From the NCBI GenBank assembly GCA_050013055.1, contig JBEKGC010000014.1, forward strand, positions 195 through 64,194: 64,000 nucleotides of DNA, written 5' to 3'. The DNA comes from Streptosporangiaceae bacterium (lineage in GTDB: Bacteria; Actinomycetota; Actinomycetes; Streptosporangiales; Streptosporangiaceae). Shown piece by piece: positions 1 through 9,839 of the stretch. How positions within the stretch are numbered: the first letter of the stretch is position 1; every line of letters begins with the position of its first letter. The notes beneath the pieces were generated by a model. The model ran no database searches, was not told the DNA's origin, and saw only the letters and a list, made by a program, of their open reading frames with translations. Position numbers and translations under genes: made by a program.

Positions 1-349
1 ACAATACGGCCATGCTCGCCACCACGGCCGCATACAGCACCCAGGCGGTCCGGCCACGTACAAGCAGCAAGACCGACCCCGCCAGGAACCCGGCGATTCC
101 CATCCAGTCCTCACCGAGCCAAGGCAGCGGGAGATAGGTGACGGCCACCAATGCCGTCAGCATCGCCCAGCGGCGCCAGGCCGGCCAGCTCACCGCGCCG
201 GCAGAGGAATTGAAAAGCTGCATGACGAAGATGGCGGCCAACGCCGGGAGGCCGACCCAAAGGGAGCGTTCCTGCGACTCCGCCGGATACAGGACGATGT
301 CGAGCGCCGCAACTGAGATGAAAGTACTCAGGACCGCCAGCAAGGTCAA
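1..349 (-). CDS. Partial CDS (5' part only, continues past the left edge): membrane N-terminus of a probable two-component sensor histidine kinase
   Basis: This ORF is absent from the ORF track because it has no stop inside the window. My own minus-strand translation reads ...LTLLAVLSTFISVAALDIVLYPAESQERSLWVGLPALAAIFVMQLFNSSAGAVSWPAWRRWAMLTALVAVTYLPLPWLGEDWMGIAGFLAGSVLLLVRGRTAWVLYAAVVASMAVL. It shows several hydrophobic helices with G/C-rich third positions and resembles N-termini of actinomycete NarL-class kinases. The catalytic domains lie outside the window. The start is uncertain (possibly TTG at 349-347). Confidence 0.35.
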   Translation of the reverse strand, partial: MTLLAVLSTFISVAALDIVLYPAESQERSLWVGLPALAAIFVMQLFNSSAGAVSWPAWRRWAMLTALVAVTYLPLPWLGEDWMGIAGFLAGSVLLLVRGRTAWVLYAAVVASMAVL

Positions 350-867
350 CCCAGCGATGCGGACTCCGGAAAACTCGCCGTCTACGGGAGGTACGGGTTG
401 AACGAACCTGGCGCCCTTAACGGTGCCGTCCTCCGGGTTGCCTGCCGCCAGCCATCCCGTCTCCCTGCTCCAGGTAACCAGCCGTCAACCCCCGCAAGTG
501 ACAATGCCGCATTTGCCGTTCCTAGTATGGCACACGAGCGGCAGTAGGAGCCGACCTCGCGCACTGCAATGATAGAGCAGAGAATCTGCACCCCCAGCCA
601 CGCATTCGAACAAAATTAGTCAAAAAGAACACGGCCCCGACCTTCGCAATCATGCTCTGCTGTCTCCCGGGCCGCGCGGAGGGCATGAATTTCCCGAATG
701 TAAGCAGGTCAGGGCGAGATTCGTACATCCGGCAGGTATGAGGACGCGACTGAGCTTAACAGTCGTGTCACAATGTCTCTTTGGCCAAAGTTGATCGTGA
801 TTCCCGCGGGATGCCGGTGGCTGGTGTTTTAGGCGTGGCATTGGTCGTGCCATGGTCGGCCCGCCCG

Positions 868-2220
868 TCATCCCCAAGCCATCGGGAGCCAGGTGGAGTG
901 GAACCCGCGTGGCCCGACCGACGGCAGCCAGATCTCGGCGACCGGATCCCCGGAAAAGTCGGCGGTGTCGAGCACCACGAGCTTTCTCGCGCCGCTGCCG
1001 AGGCCGCGGACGATCGTCATGACCCAGCCGTCCCCCTCCTGCGTCTCCGCCGAGCGAGGAATGAACACGGGGTCGCCCGCCTCGTTTCCCTGACCGAAAT
1101 CGTGCACCTCGGCCGTCCCGGACGGCAGGTTGTGGCGCAGCAGCGAGTGGCCGCCGTAGGGAGCAGATTCGGGGTTCATCCCGGTGGTGAGGCCGTAGCG
1201 GCACGGGCAGCCCTTGAAGCGCTCGTCAACGACCGGGAACTCCTGCGGGCGGTCATCGAGCTGCTCGGCATGCATGGTTTCCCCGCGCAGGTCGACGTTC
1301 CATCGCCATAGCGCGGGCGGCGTCTCACCAGGATGCGCCGGCTTGCGGTCGAAGGCACGCTCGTAGCGCACCACATCAAGCACGAGGTGGTCTTTGTCGG
1401 TTTCGTAGGCATTCATCGCGTGGAACACGTAGCAGGGCTCGATCTCGATCCACCGCACGTCGCAGTCCGCGCCTTCGCGCGGCAGGATGCCGAGCCGCGC
1501 ACCGTGGCTGTCATCCCAGGCGTAGGGGACCCGCATGCCCGCGGCGGCCGCGGCCGGGCTGAAGACGACCGGCAGGTCGTACAGGATCGCGTAGTGCTCT
1601 GTGAGCGAGTACGCGTGCATCATCGAGGGGCTTTTCAGCGAGATCGGCTCGGCGCGGCGGACGCGGCCGGCCGTGTCGACGATGATGTGCTGCGCGTACG
1701 GTGCCTCATGGTGGTAAGCCACCGCGTACAGTTCGCCGGTGACGGGATCCCGTTCCGGGTGGGCGGAAAATCCGCGGGGCAGAGTGCCGTCGAAGTCGTG
1801 GCGTGCCCTGGTACCCAGATCCGCGCCGAGCTCGTAGGGCAGCACGCCGCCGTCACCGAGGGCCAAGATGCGTCCGGCGTGCCGTATCACGCCGCCGTTG
1901 GCATCGTCAGAAAGCCCTCGCCGGGGACCCGGCGCGGGCAGCTCGCCGAGGGCGCGGCTGACCCGATCCGTGCGGACCCACGTCGTCCTGGCCCATTCGG
2001 CGCGGCCGCCCCGCAGCCGGAGACCGGTGGCCAGGGGATTGCCGCTGAGCGGCTGGCGCCATGCGCCATCCGGGCCGATGCGGAGGAACATGCCGTCGAG
2101 GGTCTCGGGCAGGTGACCATCGACGGGCAGCGGGCCGTGGGCCATCTCCTCGGAGGCGGGTATCCAGAGTCCGGAGCGCGAGCGGCTGGAGCGGGACGGG
2201 GGGTGGTGCGTGGGGATCAT
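868..2220 (-). CDS. Carotenoid cleavage dioxygenase (RPE65/carotenoid oxygenase family)
   Basis: 450-aa ORF starting at ATG 2220. It carries the four His-containing blocks typical of the family: FSAHPERDPVTGELY, MMHAYSLTEHYAILYDLP, VFHAMNAYE and GFHSTW. Confidence 0.85.
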   Translation of the reverse strand: MIPTHHPPSRSSRSRSGLWIPASEEMAHGPLPVDGHLPETLDGMFLRIGPDGAWRQPLSGNPLATGLRLRGGRAEWARTTWVRTDRVSRALGELPAPGPRRGLSDDANGGVIRHAGRILALGDGGVLPYELGADLGTRARHDFDGTLPRGFSAHPERDPVTGELYAVAYHHEAPYAQHIIVDTAGRVRRAEPISLKSPSMMHAYSLTEHYAILYDLPVVFSPAAAAAGMRVPYAWDDSHGARLGILPREGADCDVRWIEIEPCYVFHAMNAYETDKDHLVLDVVRYERAFDRKPAHPGETPPALWRWNVDLRGETMHAEQLDDRPQEFPVVDERFKGCPCRYGLTTGMNPESAPYGGHSLLRHNLPSGTAEVHDFGQGNEAGDPVFIPRSAETQEGDGWVMTIVRGLGSGARKLVVLDTADFSGDPVAEIWLPSVGPRGFHSTWLPMAWG

Positions 2221-2426
2221 CGTGAACCCCTCCTATTGAATATCGATGTTACATAACGGTGTTATTCAGAAAATACGTCGGCACCGTCGCGATGTCAAGG
2301 GCAGGATGGCCCGAATCCGTGAGTAAGCCAGTGACACAAGTCGGCACACGCCGGCAGGTGCCGGTAGGTGCCGGTAGGTGCAACTCGGCGCGCTACTCGC
2401 GGAACCGGATCTGAGGTGGCACGCAA

Positions 2427-2465
2427 AAGCGCCACATCACCGGCTTCACCGGCGATGTGGCGCTT
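2427..2465 (-). terminator. Rho-independent terminator candidate downstream of the SDR gene
   Basis: A 12-bp perfect stem pairs AAGCGCCACATC (2427-2438) with GATGTGGCGCTT (2454-2465). On the minus-strand transcript the stem is followed by TTTTG. It lies 21 nt after the SDR stop. Confidence 0.55.
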
Positions 2466-2485
2466 GTCTTATCTTGGCCGCGGCG

Positions 2486-3328
2486 TCAGGGCGCCGGGAA
2501 CTGGCTGCGCACGAACTTGTCGAACAACGTGTCAGGCAGGAAGCGACGCAGCATCAGCGCACCCCGGCCGAGCATGCCGACGACGTAGCGAGGCCGCGGC
2601 CTGGTGGCGATGACGGCGCGCTCGACCGTGGCGGCGATCTTTTCCGGCGGGACGGCGTAACGTCCCGTCGTGGTGTGCCCCTGCGCTACCTCAATGGCCC
2701 AGTTGGCCAGGTCCGTATAGAAGTCCGCGTAGGGCGTTCCGGGCGGGCCGGCGAACTGATTGATCGCATTGGCGAAGAACTCGGTGCGTACGGTGGCCGT
2801 CTGGATCACTGACACCCCGACGCCGAAACCGGCTACCTCCAGGCGCAGTGCGTCGCTGTAGGCCTCGACGGCGTGCTTGGTCGCGTGGTAAAGGCCCCCG
2901 CCCGGCGGCGAGAAGCGCCCGAGGATCGAGGAGACATTCACGATCCGCCCGTACCCCTGGGCCCGCATGCCCGGGAGTACAAGCTGGGTGAGACGTACCA
3001 TGCCGAAGACGTTCGTCTCGAACGAAGCTCGCGCCCGCTCAAGCGGCACGTCCTCCACCGAACCGTAAACACCGCTGCCCGCGTTGTTGACGAGGATGCC
3101 GACCGCACCATGGTCGTCGACGACCCGCTTGACCGCAATGGCCATCGACTCCTCGTCGGTGACGTCCAGAGCGAGCGTCGTGATGCCCTCCGCGGCCAGT
3201 CCATCAAGCGTCTCCAGGCATCGCGCGGTGGCATAGACGGGCAGGCCAGCCTGGTGCAGACGAATAGCGGTAGCGCGGCCGATACCGGTGGAACAACCTG
3301 TAATAAGAACGGCGCGGGAGACAGACAT
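2486..3328 (-). CDS. Short-chain dehydrogenase/reductase (classical SDR)
   Basis: Start trimmed to ATG 3328 (MSVSRAVLITG), with AAAGGGGG 8 nt upstream. Motifs seen: TGCSTGIGRAT (TGxxxGxG), NNAG and YHATKHA (YxxxK). Confidence 0.85.
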   Translation of the reverse strand: MSVSRAVLITGCSTGIGRATAIRLHQAGLPVYATARCLETLDGLAAEGITTLALDVTDEESMAIAVKRVVDDHGAVGILVNNAGSGVYGSVEDVPLERARASFETNVFGMVRLTQLVLPGMRAQGYGRIVNVSSILGRFSPPGGGLYHATKHAVEAYSDALRLEVAGFGVGVSVIQTATVRTEFFANAINQFAGPPGTPYADFYTDLANWAIEVAQGHTTTGRYAVPPEKIAATVERAVIATRPRPRYVVGMLGRGALMLRRFLPDTLFDKFVRSQFPAP

Positions 3329-3597
3329 CCCAGCGGCCCCCTTTCCCGAAGCTAAAGGCTGGGTCGAAGCCAGCTTCCGGCACCGGTTCCGGCGCAAGCC
3401 ACTCGCTGCGTGCGGTCGGCGGATTTGGCTGGGACCACGGCATGCGGGAGAAATGCTGAGGTTCTTCTCGTTTGCTAAGCCGGCTTGCGGAAGGCTGTCT
3501 TTTTGCCCAGCCGCAATGCCAAAGAAGCGCCTTTCTACCAGTGCGTAGATCTTGTTGCGTATGCCCAGCCAGTTAAATCGCAGGAAAGGTAACAAAG

Positions 3598-5568
3598 TTG
3601 CGCTCAAGACTACGCACGCTCGTCCCGGCGCTGACGGCTATCATCGCGCTGGTAGTCGCCTACCTTGTCGCGGGCGACCCCGCGCATGCCAGCGGCGCGA
3701 CGCAGACTGCCGCACAGTACTCGTTCAAGCAGCTACCAATTGCCATGCCGCCCGGCTACAACGATCAGAAGATGAACACCGTCCGGCAGGTCAACCCCGC
3801 CTATTACCACATCCGGTCGTGGATCTCCGCGGTCGGCGCGTCGGTGGCCATAAACGACCTAACCGGCCACGGGCGCTCTGACGGTATGTGCATCGTGGAC
3901 ACCCGCACCAACGATGTCATTGTCACCTATACGCCGACCGCGCCGGAGGAGGACCGGTTCACCCCGTTCGTGCTGAACCCGGCACCACTGCCGGTCAACA
4001 ACACGATGGCTCCCACTGGATGCGTGGCCGGGGACTTCACCGGAAGCGGCCTGATGGACTTGCTGGTCTTTTACTGGGGCCGCAGCCCGATCCTCTTCCT
4101 GCTCAAACCAGGGGCGAAGACCCTGTCCGCGAGCGCGTACCAGCCCCAGGAACTCCTGGGCGCGGTGGACTCGGGCGGCCAGTACACCGGCCCGCTGTGG
4201 AACACCGACGCGGTCGCCGTCGCGGACCTGACCGGCAACGGTCATCCGGACATCATCGTCGGGAACTACTTCCCGGACTCACCCGTCCTTAACACGCACG
4301 GCGCGAACGATGTCGTGATGCCGAACTCGCTGGCCAACGCGACCAACGGCGGCGGGGTGCAGGTAATGCGCTGGGCCGGCGCGAGCACGGGTTCGCACCC
4401 CAGCGTGAACTACGTCCAGCAGAACGGCGCTATCCCGTTCACGGACACCACGGGATGGACCCTGGCGCTCGCCACGGCTGACCTGACCGGAGACGGCCTG
4501 CCAGACCTCTACATCGGGAACGACTTCGGTCACGGCCATCTGCTCTACAACGAGTCCAGCCCGAACCAGATCAAGTTCATCGAGGCAACCAACGACCGGA
4601 CTCCGACGACGCCGAAGTCGTTCGTGATGGACAACGGGTCGTTCAAGGGCATGGGCGTCGACTTCGGGGACATGAATGACAACGGCAGGTTCGACTTCAT
4701 GGTGAGCGACATCACCCAGCCATGGGGCCTGGAGGAAAGCAACCTCGTCTACGTCAACAACGCCTCCAGCGACGCGCAGATGACCAAGGACCTGAGCAGC
4801 GGGAACGCACCCTTCACGCAGGACGCCCAGCAACTCGGCCTGGCCTGGAACGGCTGGTCCTGGGACGTCAAGATGGGGGACTTCCTCAACAACGGCAACC
4901 TCGAAGTCGTCCAGGCCAACGGATTCCTGAAAGGGACCATCAACCGCTGGAACTGGCTCCAGGAGATGGCCATGATGAACGACGACCTGCTGAGCAGTCC
5001 CGCCACCTGGCCGAATGTCGAGCCCGGCGACGACATTTCCGGCAGTAACGCACTGGGCTTCTTCGCCAAGAACTCCTCTGGCCAGTACGTCAACATCGAC
5101 AAGCAGCTCGGCCTGGCGGTGCCCACACCCACCCGTGGCGTCGCGATGGCAGACACCACGGGAGACGGACGCCTCGACTTCGCCGTAGCCCGCCAGTGGG
5201 CAGCGCCCGTCTTCTACGAGAACACGGCACCAGCCATCGGCAACAACCTGACCCTGAACCTTTACCGTCCGGCGGCGGGTCAGGACCAGGGTCCGCTGGC
5301 CGCCATCGGCGCTCCGGCCTACGGCGCCACGGTCGCCATCGCGACACCAGGGCACGAGCAGATCTCGCAGCTTGACGGTGGCAGCGGCCACGACGGTTAC
5401 CGCAGCTTCCAGGTGCGGTTCGGTCTCGGCTCCTACCACGGCCCGGTCACCGTGACCATCCAGTGGCCGGACAATTCGGGCGTGTCGGTCAAGCAGACGA
5501 TCCAGCTTTCTCCTGGCACGCACAACCTGATGCTGACCAGCACCGTGAAGGAGGTGTCCGGGTCATGA
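3598..5568 (+). CDS. unbV: UnbV-type enediyne biosynthesis protein (FG-GAP/VCBS repeats plus C-terminal UnbV_ASPIC domain), secreted or anchored
   Basis: 656 aa with a TTG start and GGAAAGG upstream. The N-terminal signal or anchor is LVPALTAIIALVVAYLVAGDPAHA. There are six or more D-x-(T/N)-G-(D/N)-G-x-x-D FG-GAP-like repeats: DLTGHGRSD, DFTGSGLMD, DLTGNGHPD, DLTGDGLPD, DMNDNGRFD and DTTGDGRLD. The C-terminal block is YGATVAIATPGHEQISQLDGGSGHDGYRSFQVRFGLG. Size and architecture match the UNBV family of enediyne cassettes. Confidence 0.85.
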   Translation: MRSRLRTLVPALTAIIALVVAYLVAGDPAHASGATQTAAQYSFKQLPIAMPPGYNDQKMNTVRQVNPAYYHIRSWISAVGASVAINDLTGHGRSDGMCIVDTRTNDVIVTYTPTAPEEDRFTPFVLNPAPLPVNNTMAPTGCVAGDFTGSGLMDLLVFYWGRSPILFLLKPGAKTLSASAYQPQELLGAVDSGGQYTGPLWNTDAVAVADLTGNGHPDIIVGNYFPDSPVLNTHGANDVVMPNSLANATNGGGVQVMRWAGASTGSHPSVNYVQQNGAIPFTDTTGWTLALATADLTGDGLPDLYIGNDFGHGHLLYNESSPNQIKFIEATNDRTPTTPKSFVMDNGSFKGMGVDFGDMNDNGRFDFMVSDITQPWGLEESNLVYVNNASSDAQMTKDLSSGNAPFTQDAQQLGLAWNGWSWDVKMGDFLNNGNLEVVQANGFLKGTINRWNWLQEMAMMNDDLLSSPATWPNVEPGDDISGSNALGFFAKNSSGQYVNIDKQLGLAVPTPTRGVAMADTTGDGRLDFAVARQWAAPVFYENTAPAIGNNLTLNLYRPAAGQDQGPLAAIGAPAYGATVAIATPGHEQISQLDGGSGHDGYRSFQVRFGLGSYHGPVTVTIQWPDNSGVSVKQTIQLSPGTHNLMLTSTVKEVSGS

Positions 5569-6614
5569 CCACAGCCACGGACCAGGCGCAGGCACCCAGC
5601 CTGCTACGGAAGATCGTGCAGGCACCCATCGTGTGCCAGCAGAAGTACTACCAGGCAAAAGCGAACGGGAACAACGACCCGCGCTACAAGGCGCTGCGGA
5701 ACTTCGCCATATCGATGAGCGTCTTCAACGTCTTCGGGTACACCTTGCTCGGCTTCGAGCAGATGTGGATCCTCCCGATATTCGCGATCATCACCGGCTA
5801 CACCACCGAACTGACGCTGGAGACCATCACCGCGTGGGCGCGCCGCCGCCGCCCCCAGTACCTGGGCCGCGGACCGCGGGGGGTATTCGAGTTCCTGCTT
5901 CCCGCGCACATCACCAGCCTTGCCGTCAACATGCTCCTGTACACGAACAACCAGATCCGTCCGGTCATCTTCGGTGTCATGGTGGGTGTCAGCGGCAAGT
6001 ACATCCTGCAGGCGCCCATCGCCGGCCGGATGCGCCACTTCATGAACCCGTCCAACCTCGGGATCGCGGCCACCTTCACGGTCTTCGGAAGCTGGGTCGC
6101 GATTAACCAGCCGTACATGTTCACCGAGAACACGAACCAGTTCTTCAAGATCATGGTCCCGGTGATCATCCTGACCGCGGGAACGGTGCTCAACGCCAAG
6201 CTGACCGGACGGACGATGCTCATCGTCGGCTGGATGGGCGGCTTCGCGATCCAGGCCTTCATCCGGCACGCGATCTGGGACGTTTCGCTCTTCTCTGCGC
6301 TCGGCCTGATGACCGGGGTGGCGTTCCTGCTGTTCACCAACTACATGGTCAGCGACCCCGGTACGACGCCGAGCAAGCCGATACCACAGTTCATCTTCGG
6401 CGCCGGGGTGGCGTTCTTCTACGCCATCTTGATGGAGTCGAACGTCGTATTCACGCTGTTCTTCTCCGTCGTGATCACCTGCGCGGTCCGCGGGGCCGGC
6501 TGGTGGGCCGTGCACCTGTACAGCAAGAACCGCAAGCGGCGCCAGGCGCGGCTCGACGAGCAGATCTCAACCGCAGTGGCCACTCCCGCACCGGTACAGG
6601 TCCCGGTCGGGTAG
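5565..6614 (+). CDS. unbU: UnbU-type enediyne biosynthesis integral membrane protein
   Basis: 349 aa starting at ATG 5565. The start overlaps the unbV stop as ATGA, indicating translational coupling. It has about 7-8 hydrophobic helices, and its size and position directly after unbV match the UNBU family. Confidence 0.8.
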   Translation: MTTATDQAQAPSLLRKIVQAPIVCQQKYYQAKANGNNDPRYKALRNFAISMSVFNVFGYTLLGFEQMWILPIFAIITGYTTELTLETITAWARRRRPQYLGRGPRGVFEFLLPAHITSLAVNMLLYTNNQIRPVIFGVMVGVSGKYILQAPIAGRMRHFMNPSNLGIAATFTVFGSWVAINQPYMFTENTNQFFKIMVPVIILTAGTVLNAKLTGRTMLIVGWMGGFAIQAFIRHAIWDVSLFSALGLMTGVAFLLFTNYMVSDPGTTPSKPIPQFIFGAGVAFFYAILMESNVVFTLFFSVVITCAVRGAGWWAVHLYSKNRKRRQARLDEQISTAVATPAPVQVPVG

Positions 6615-6858
6615 GCGGTAGCCGCGCGACGCCGGCGGGCGGGCCCAGGGTTTCCTGGCTCGCCCGTCGGCGTTCGCGTCTTTCTCCGCACCCTCTTTGA
6701 CCGATCGCTGACCGCCTGCCGCTTGCCGCGTGCCACGTGCCACTTGCCGCGCAGATCCGCAACGGCAGAGAGGCTGTGAATCCGGCGCATCGCCGACGAT
6801 AACGAAAAGGTCGGCAATCGATCTGCGACCAATCCGCATCCCAGGCTGGAGTTGGATA

Positions 6859-7848
6859 ATGGCAGCAACATGGCGGGCGCTTAGGCGGCGGATACTGACA
6901 CCCAATATCAGGGAGACAAAGCTCGCTACGCGTGGTTTTCATGAAAAGAGTCCCGAAGCGCGCGCACGGCTTGAGCGAGTCGGCGAGATGTTCCTTACCG
7001 GTTATGCGCTGGCCGCAGAGGCCCGTTCGGCTGCCGAGGCGGAAGAAGGGCTGGAAAAGCTGCCGTGGGAATTCCGCGGGTTCGCCTACGAGGGCGCCGG
7101 CATGGGATACGCCGTCCGCGACGGGCTGCCGTTCGGCGGTCGCTGGGTCAGGGAGGGCCTCGAGGGACGAGGTAACGAACACATCTATATGGTCTACGTC
7201 GGCGTCGGCTGGGCGATGGCCCGGCTGCCGAGGTTCCGCTGGGCGAAGGCCACAGCTGCGCTGACCGACCCGGTCCTGCGCTGGCTGGCGCTCGACGGCT
7301 ACGGCTTTCACCAAGCCTACTTCCACACGGACAAATACGTCCGCGGCCAGTACCAGGAGCCACGCTTCCCTTGGCCGCCTGAGGGCCCCGCCTGGTACGC
7401 GAACCGCGCCATCGACCAGGGCATCGGCCGGGCCACGTGGTTCGTCTGCGGGACAGACCCGAACCTGGTGGCCGACACCCTTGACGCATTCGACGCCTCA
7501 CGCCGGGCCGACCTGTACAGCGGCGCCGGCTTGGCGGCCACCTATGCCGGCGGAGTGGACGAGGCCGAGCTTCGGGTGTTCCTGGAGCGCGGCAAGCCAT
7601 ACCTACCGCAGATCGCCCAGGCCAGCGCGTTCGCCGCTACCGCACGGGTGCGGGCCGGACTGGTAACCCCGCATACCGAACTAGCGGCCAGGGTGATATG
7701 CGGCACGACTCCGGAAGGCGCCGCCCGCATCTGTGACAAGAACCTGCCGCGGCCATCCGAGGGCTCGGCCGATCAGGTGCCGGCATTCGAACTGTGGCGG
7801 CAGCACGTCGCGGCTAACCTCGCCGCGCTGCAGGCAACGAGCAAATGA
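6859..7848 (+). CDS. unbL: UnbL-type enediyne biosynthesis protein (DUF1702 family), copy 1
   Basis: 329 aa starting at ATG 6859 (MAATWRALRRRILTP), with GGAG 9 nt upstream. Conserved blocks are FRGFAYEGAGMGYAVRDG, VGVGWAMARLPR, WLALDGYGFHQAYFHT and RAIDQGIGRATWF. Size and neighbourhood (after unbV-unbU) match UNBL. The DUF1702 = UnbL equation is from memory. Confidence 0.8.
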   Translation: MAATWRALRRRILTPNIRETKLATRGFHEKSPEARARLERVGEMFLTGYALAAEARSAAEAEEGLEKLPWEFRGFAYEGAGMGYAVRDGLPFGGRWVREGLEGRGNEHIYMVYVGVGWAMARLPRFRWAKATAALTDPVLRWLALDGYGFHQAYFHTDKYVRGQYQEPRFPWPPEGPAWYANRAIDQGIGRATWFVCGTDPNLVADTLDAFDASRRADLYSGAGLAATYAGGVDEAELRVFLERGKPYLPQIAQASAFAATARVRAGLVTPHTELAARVICGTTPEGAARICDKNLPRPSEGSADQVPAFELWRQHVAANLAALQATSK

Positions 7849-7882
7849 GCAAGACGATTAACCTGAGGAGACGTTTATCAGC

Positions 7883-9172
7883 ATGAATAGGACGCTCGCC
7901 GGGATGGTACGGCTACCTGGCCTGCTGGTCCGTGCCTGCCGGGTAGGAACGCTCATTTCGGCCTACGGCCTGGTCTTCGGCGGCACGGCGGTGGCGCGCA
8001 AGCTGCGGCGCACCGGATCCGCCGATGCGGGTGAACGATGGGTGCGGATGCTGAACTCCCTTGGTCCGTCCTACATCAAGATCGGCCAGTTGCTCAGTAC
8101 CCGACGGGACCTGCTGCCGGATGACGTGTGCGCCTCGCTTACCCGGCTGACCGACTCGACGCCGCCACCGGGACGCGGGCAAATCGAGAAGGCGATCCGG
8201 CGCACCTACTCTGATCGTGACTGGCCCTTCGCCGCGTTCGAGTGGACCCCTGTCGCCTGTGGCAGCATCGCGAGCGTGCACCGGGCGGTCACTACCGATG
8301 GCAGAAAGGTCGCGGTCAAGGTGCGGCGACCTGGCATCGACAAGATCATGCGCCAGGATTTCGAGCTCATGTCCATGATGATGACGGCCCTCGGCGCGCT
8401 GCCACCCTTCCGGTCGATGCCGATGAAGGTCATGTTCAGCCAGGTGGGCGGGGCGATCCTGCGACAGCTCGATTTCGTTGCCGAACGCGAATCACTCGTA
8501 GCATTGCACGCGAACCTGGCGGGCTCGGCGGGTATCCGGATCCCGGCGCCGCTCATCGAGCTGTGCACGGACGAGGTCGTGGTGATGGATTTCATCGACG
8601 ACCTCGTCCATTTCGCGCCGGGCGATCTGAGTGCGACCGCGCGCAGCTCGGCGGCCCGCAAGGTCATGGGCCTCATCTACGAGATGCTTTTCGTGGACGG
8701 CCTGGTCCACTGCGACCTGCATCCCGGGAACCTCTACCTCACGCGAGACACGGAGGTCGTCATCCTGGACGCCGGCTTCGTGATCCGGCTGCCGGAGAGC
8801 GTGCGCATGTCCTTTGCCGACTTCTTCATCAACATGGCCATGGGGAACGGCCAGATGTGCGGGCACATCGTCATCGAGAGCGCCGCGCAGATCGCGCCAG
8901 GGGCCGACTGCGCAGGTTTCCGCGATGTACTGGCCGAGCTGATCACGGAGACGACCGGAGCGCGGTCCGGTGATTTCAGCCTGGCTCGCTTCGCCGGACG
9001 TCTATTCGACCTCCAGCGCCGTTACGGGCTCTACCCCGCCCCAGAGTTCGCCTTCCCGCTGTTGTCACTTCTGGTGCTGGAAGGAATGGTCAAGGGTTTC
9101 GACGCCGAGCTGGATTTCCAGGCTGAGGCCGTGCCGATCCTCAAGCGCCGTAACCTCGGACGCCCCGTGTGA
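7883..9172 (+). CDS. ABC1/UbiB/AarF-family atypical protein kinase
   Basis: 429 aa. Motifs seen: LGPSYIKIGQLLSTRRDLLP, VAVKVRRPG and LVHCDLHPGNLYL. GAGGAG lies upstream of the ATG. Confidence 0.85.
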   Translation: MNRTLAGMVRLPGLLVRACRVGTLISAYGLVFGGTAVARKLRRTGSADAGERWVRMLNSLGPSYIKIGQLLSTRRDLLPDDVCASLTRLTDSTPPPGRGQIEKAIRRTYSDRDWPFAAFEWTPVACGSIASVHRAVTTDGRKVAVKVRRPGIDKIMRQDFELMSMMMTALGALPPFRSMPMKVMFSQVGGAILRQLDFVAERESLVALHANLAGSAGIRIPAPLIELCTDEVVVMDFIDDLVHFAPGDLSATARSSAARKVMGLIYEMLFVDGLVHCDLHPGNLYLTRDTEVVILDAGFVIRLPESVRMSFADFFINMAMGNGQMCGHIVIESAAQIAPGADCAGFRDVLAELITETTGARSGDFSLARFAGRLFDLQRRYGLYPAPEFAFPLLSLLVLEGMVKGFDAELDFQAEAVPILKRRNLGRPV

Positions 9173-9218
9173 CCTAACGAGCCATAGCTGACTGTTAACC
9201 AATGGAAGAGGTCGTCTC

Positions 9219-9839
9219 ATGGATGAACAGATCGCGACCGCGGTCCGGGTGCCGCTGATCGGGGAGAGCGAGGCGGACGCACCTCTCGCAGAGCTTTACG
9301 AGCAGGTCAGGAGCGAGACCGGGCTGCCCTTCGTGCCGGACATGTTCCGGCTCCTGTCCACCAAGCCGGAGCTGCTGCAAGCCATCCTGGCCGGGTACAA
9401 CGGCACCTTCAACCACGGGGAGCTTCCCCGGGAGACCAAGGAACTGATCGCGGCCTGGACCTCCCGCCTGAACCAGTGCCCGTACTGCGTGGGCACGCAC
9501 AGTTTCTTCCTTCAGGTCTACGGGGGCAGCGAGGAACTCGCGAACGCGATCGCGAACTCGGCCGATCCCGACGAACTACCCGTGGAGGAGCGCACCCGCG
9601 AACTGCTCCGCCTGGTCACGAAAGTTACCATCAGCCCCTACAAGATCACCGATCGGGACTGGCAGCGGGTACTCGACGCGGGCTACACCACGGGAGAACT
9701 TCTCGAGGGCGTTTTCTGCGCGGCGCTGTTCAATTTCATCTGCCGCCTGGTGGACAGTACGGGACTGGGCACCTCGGTGACGATGAGCCGCGTTTCCCAG
9801 CAGGAAGTGCCGGACGGAGATCATGATGGCGCCGTCTAA
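9219..9839 (+). CDS. Carboxymuconolactone decarboxylase/AhpD-like family protein (peroxidase-related)
   Basis: 206 aa with the AhpD-type CxxC-H motif CPYCVGTHS. The RBS is GGAAGAGG. The 3' end overlaps the following SDR start. Confidence 0.8.
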   Translation: MDEQIATAVRVPLIGESEADAPLAELYEQVRSETGLPFVPDMFRLLSTKPELLQAILAGYNGTFNHGELPRETKELIAAWTSRLNQCPYCVGTHSFFLQVYGGSEELANAIANSADPDELPVEERTRELLRLVTKVTISPYKITDRDWQRVLDAGYTTGELLEGVFCAALFNFICRLVDSTGLGTSVTMSRVSQQEVPDGDHDGAV

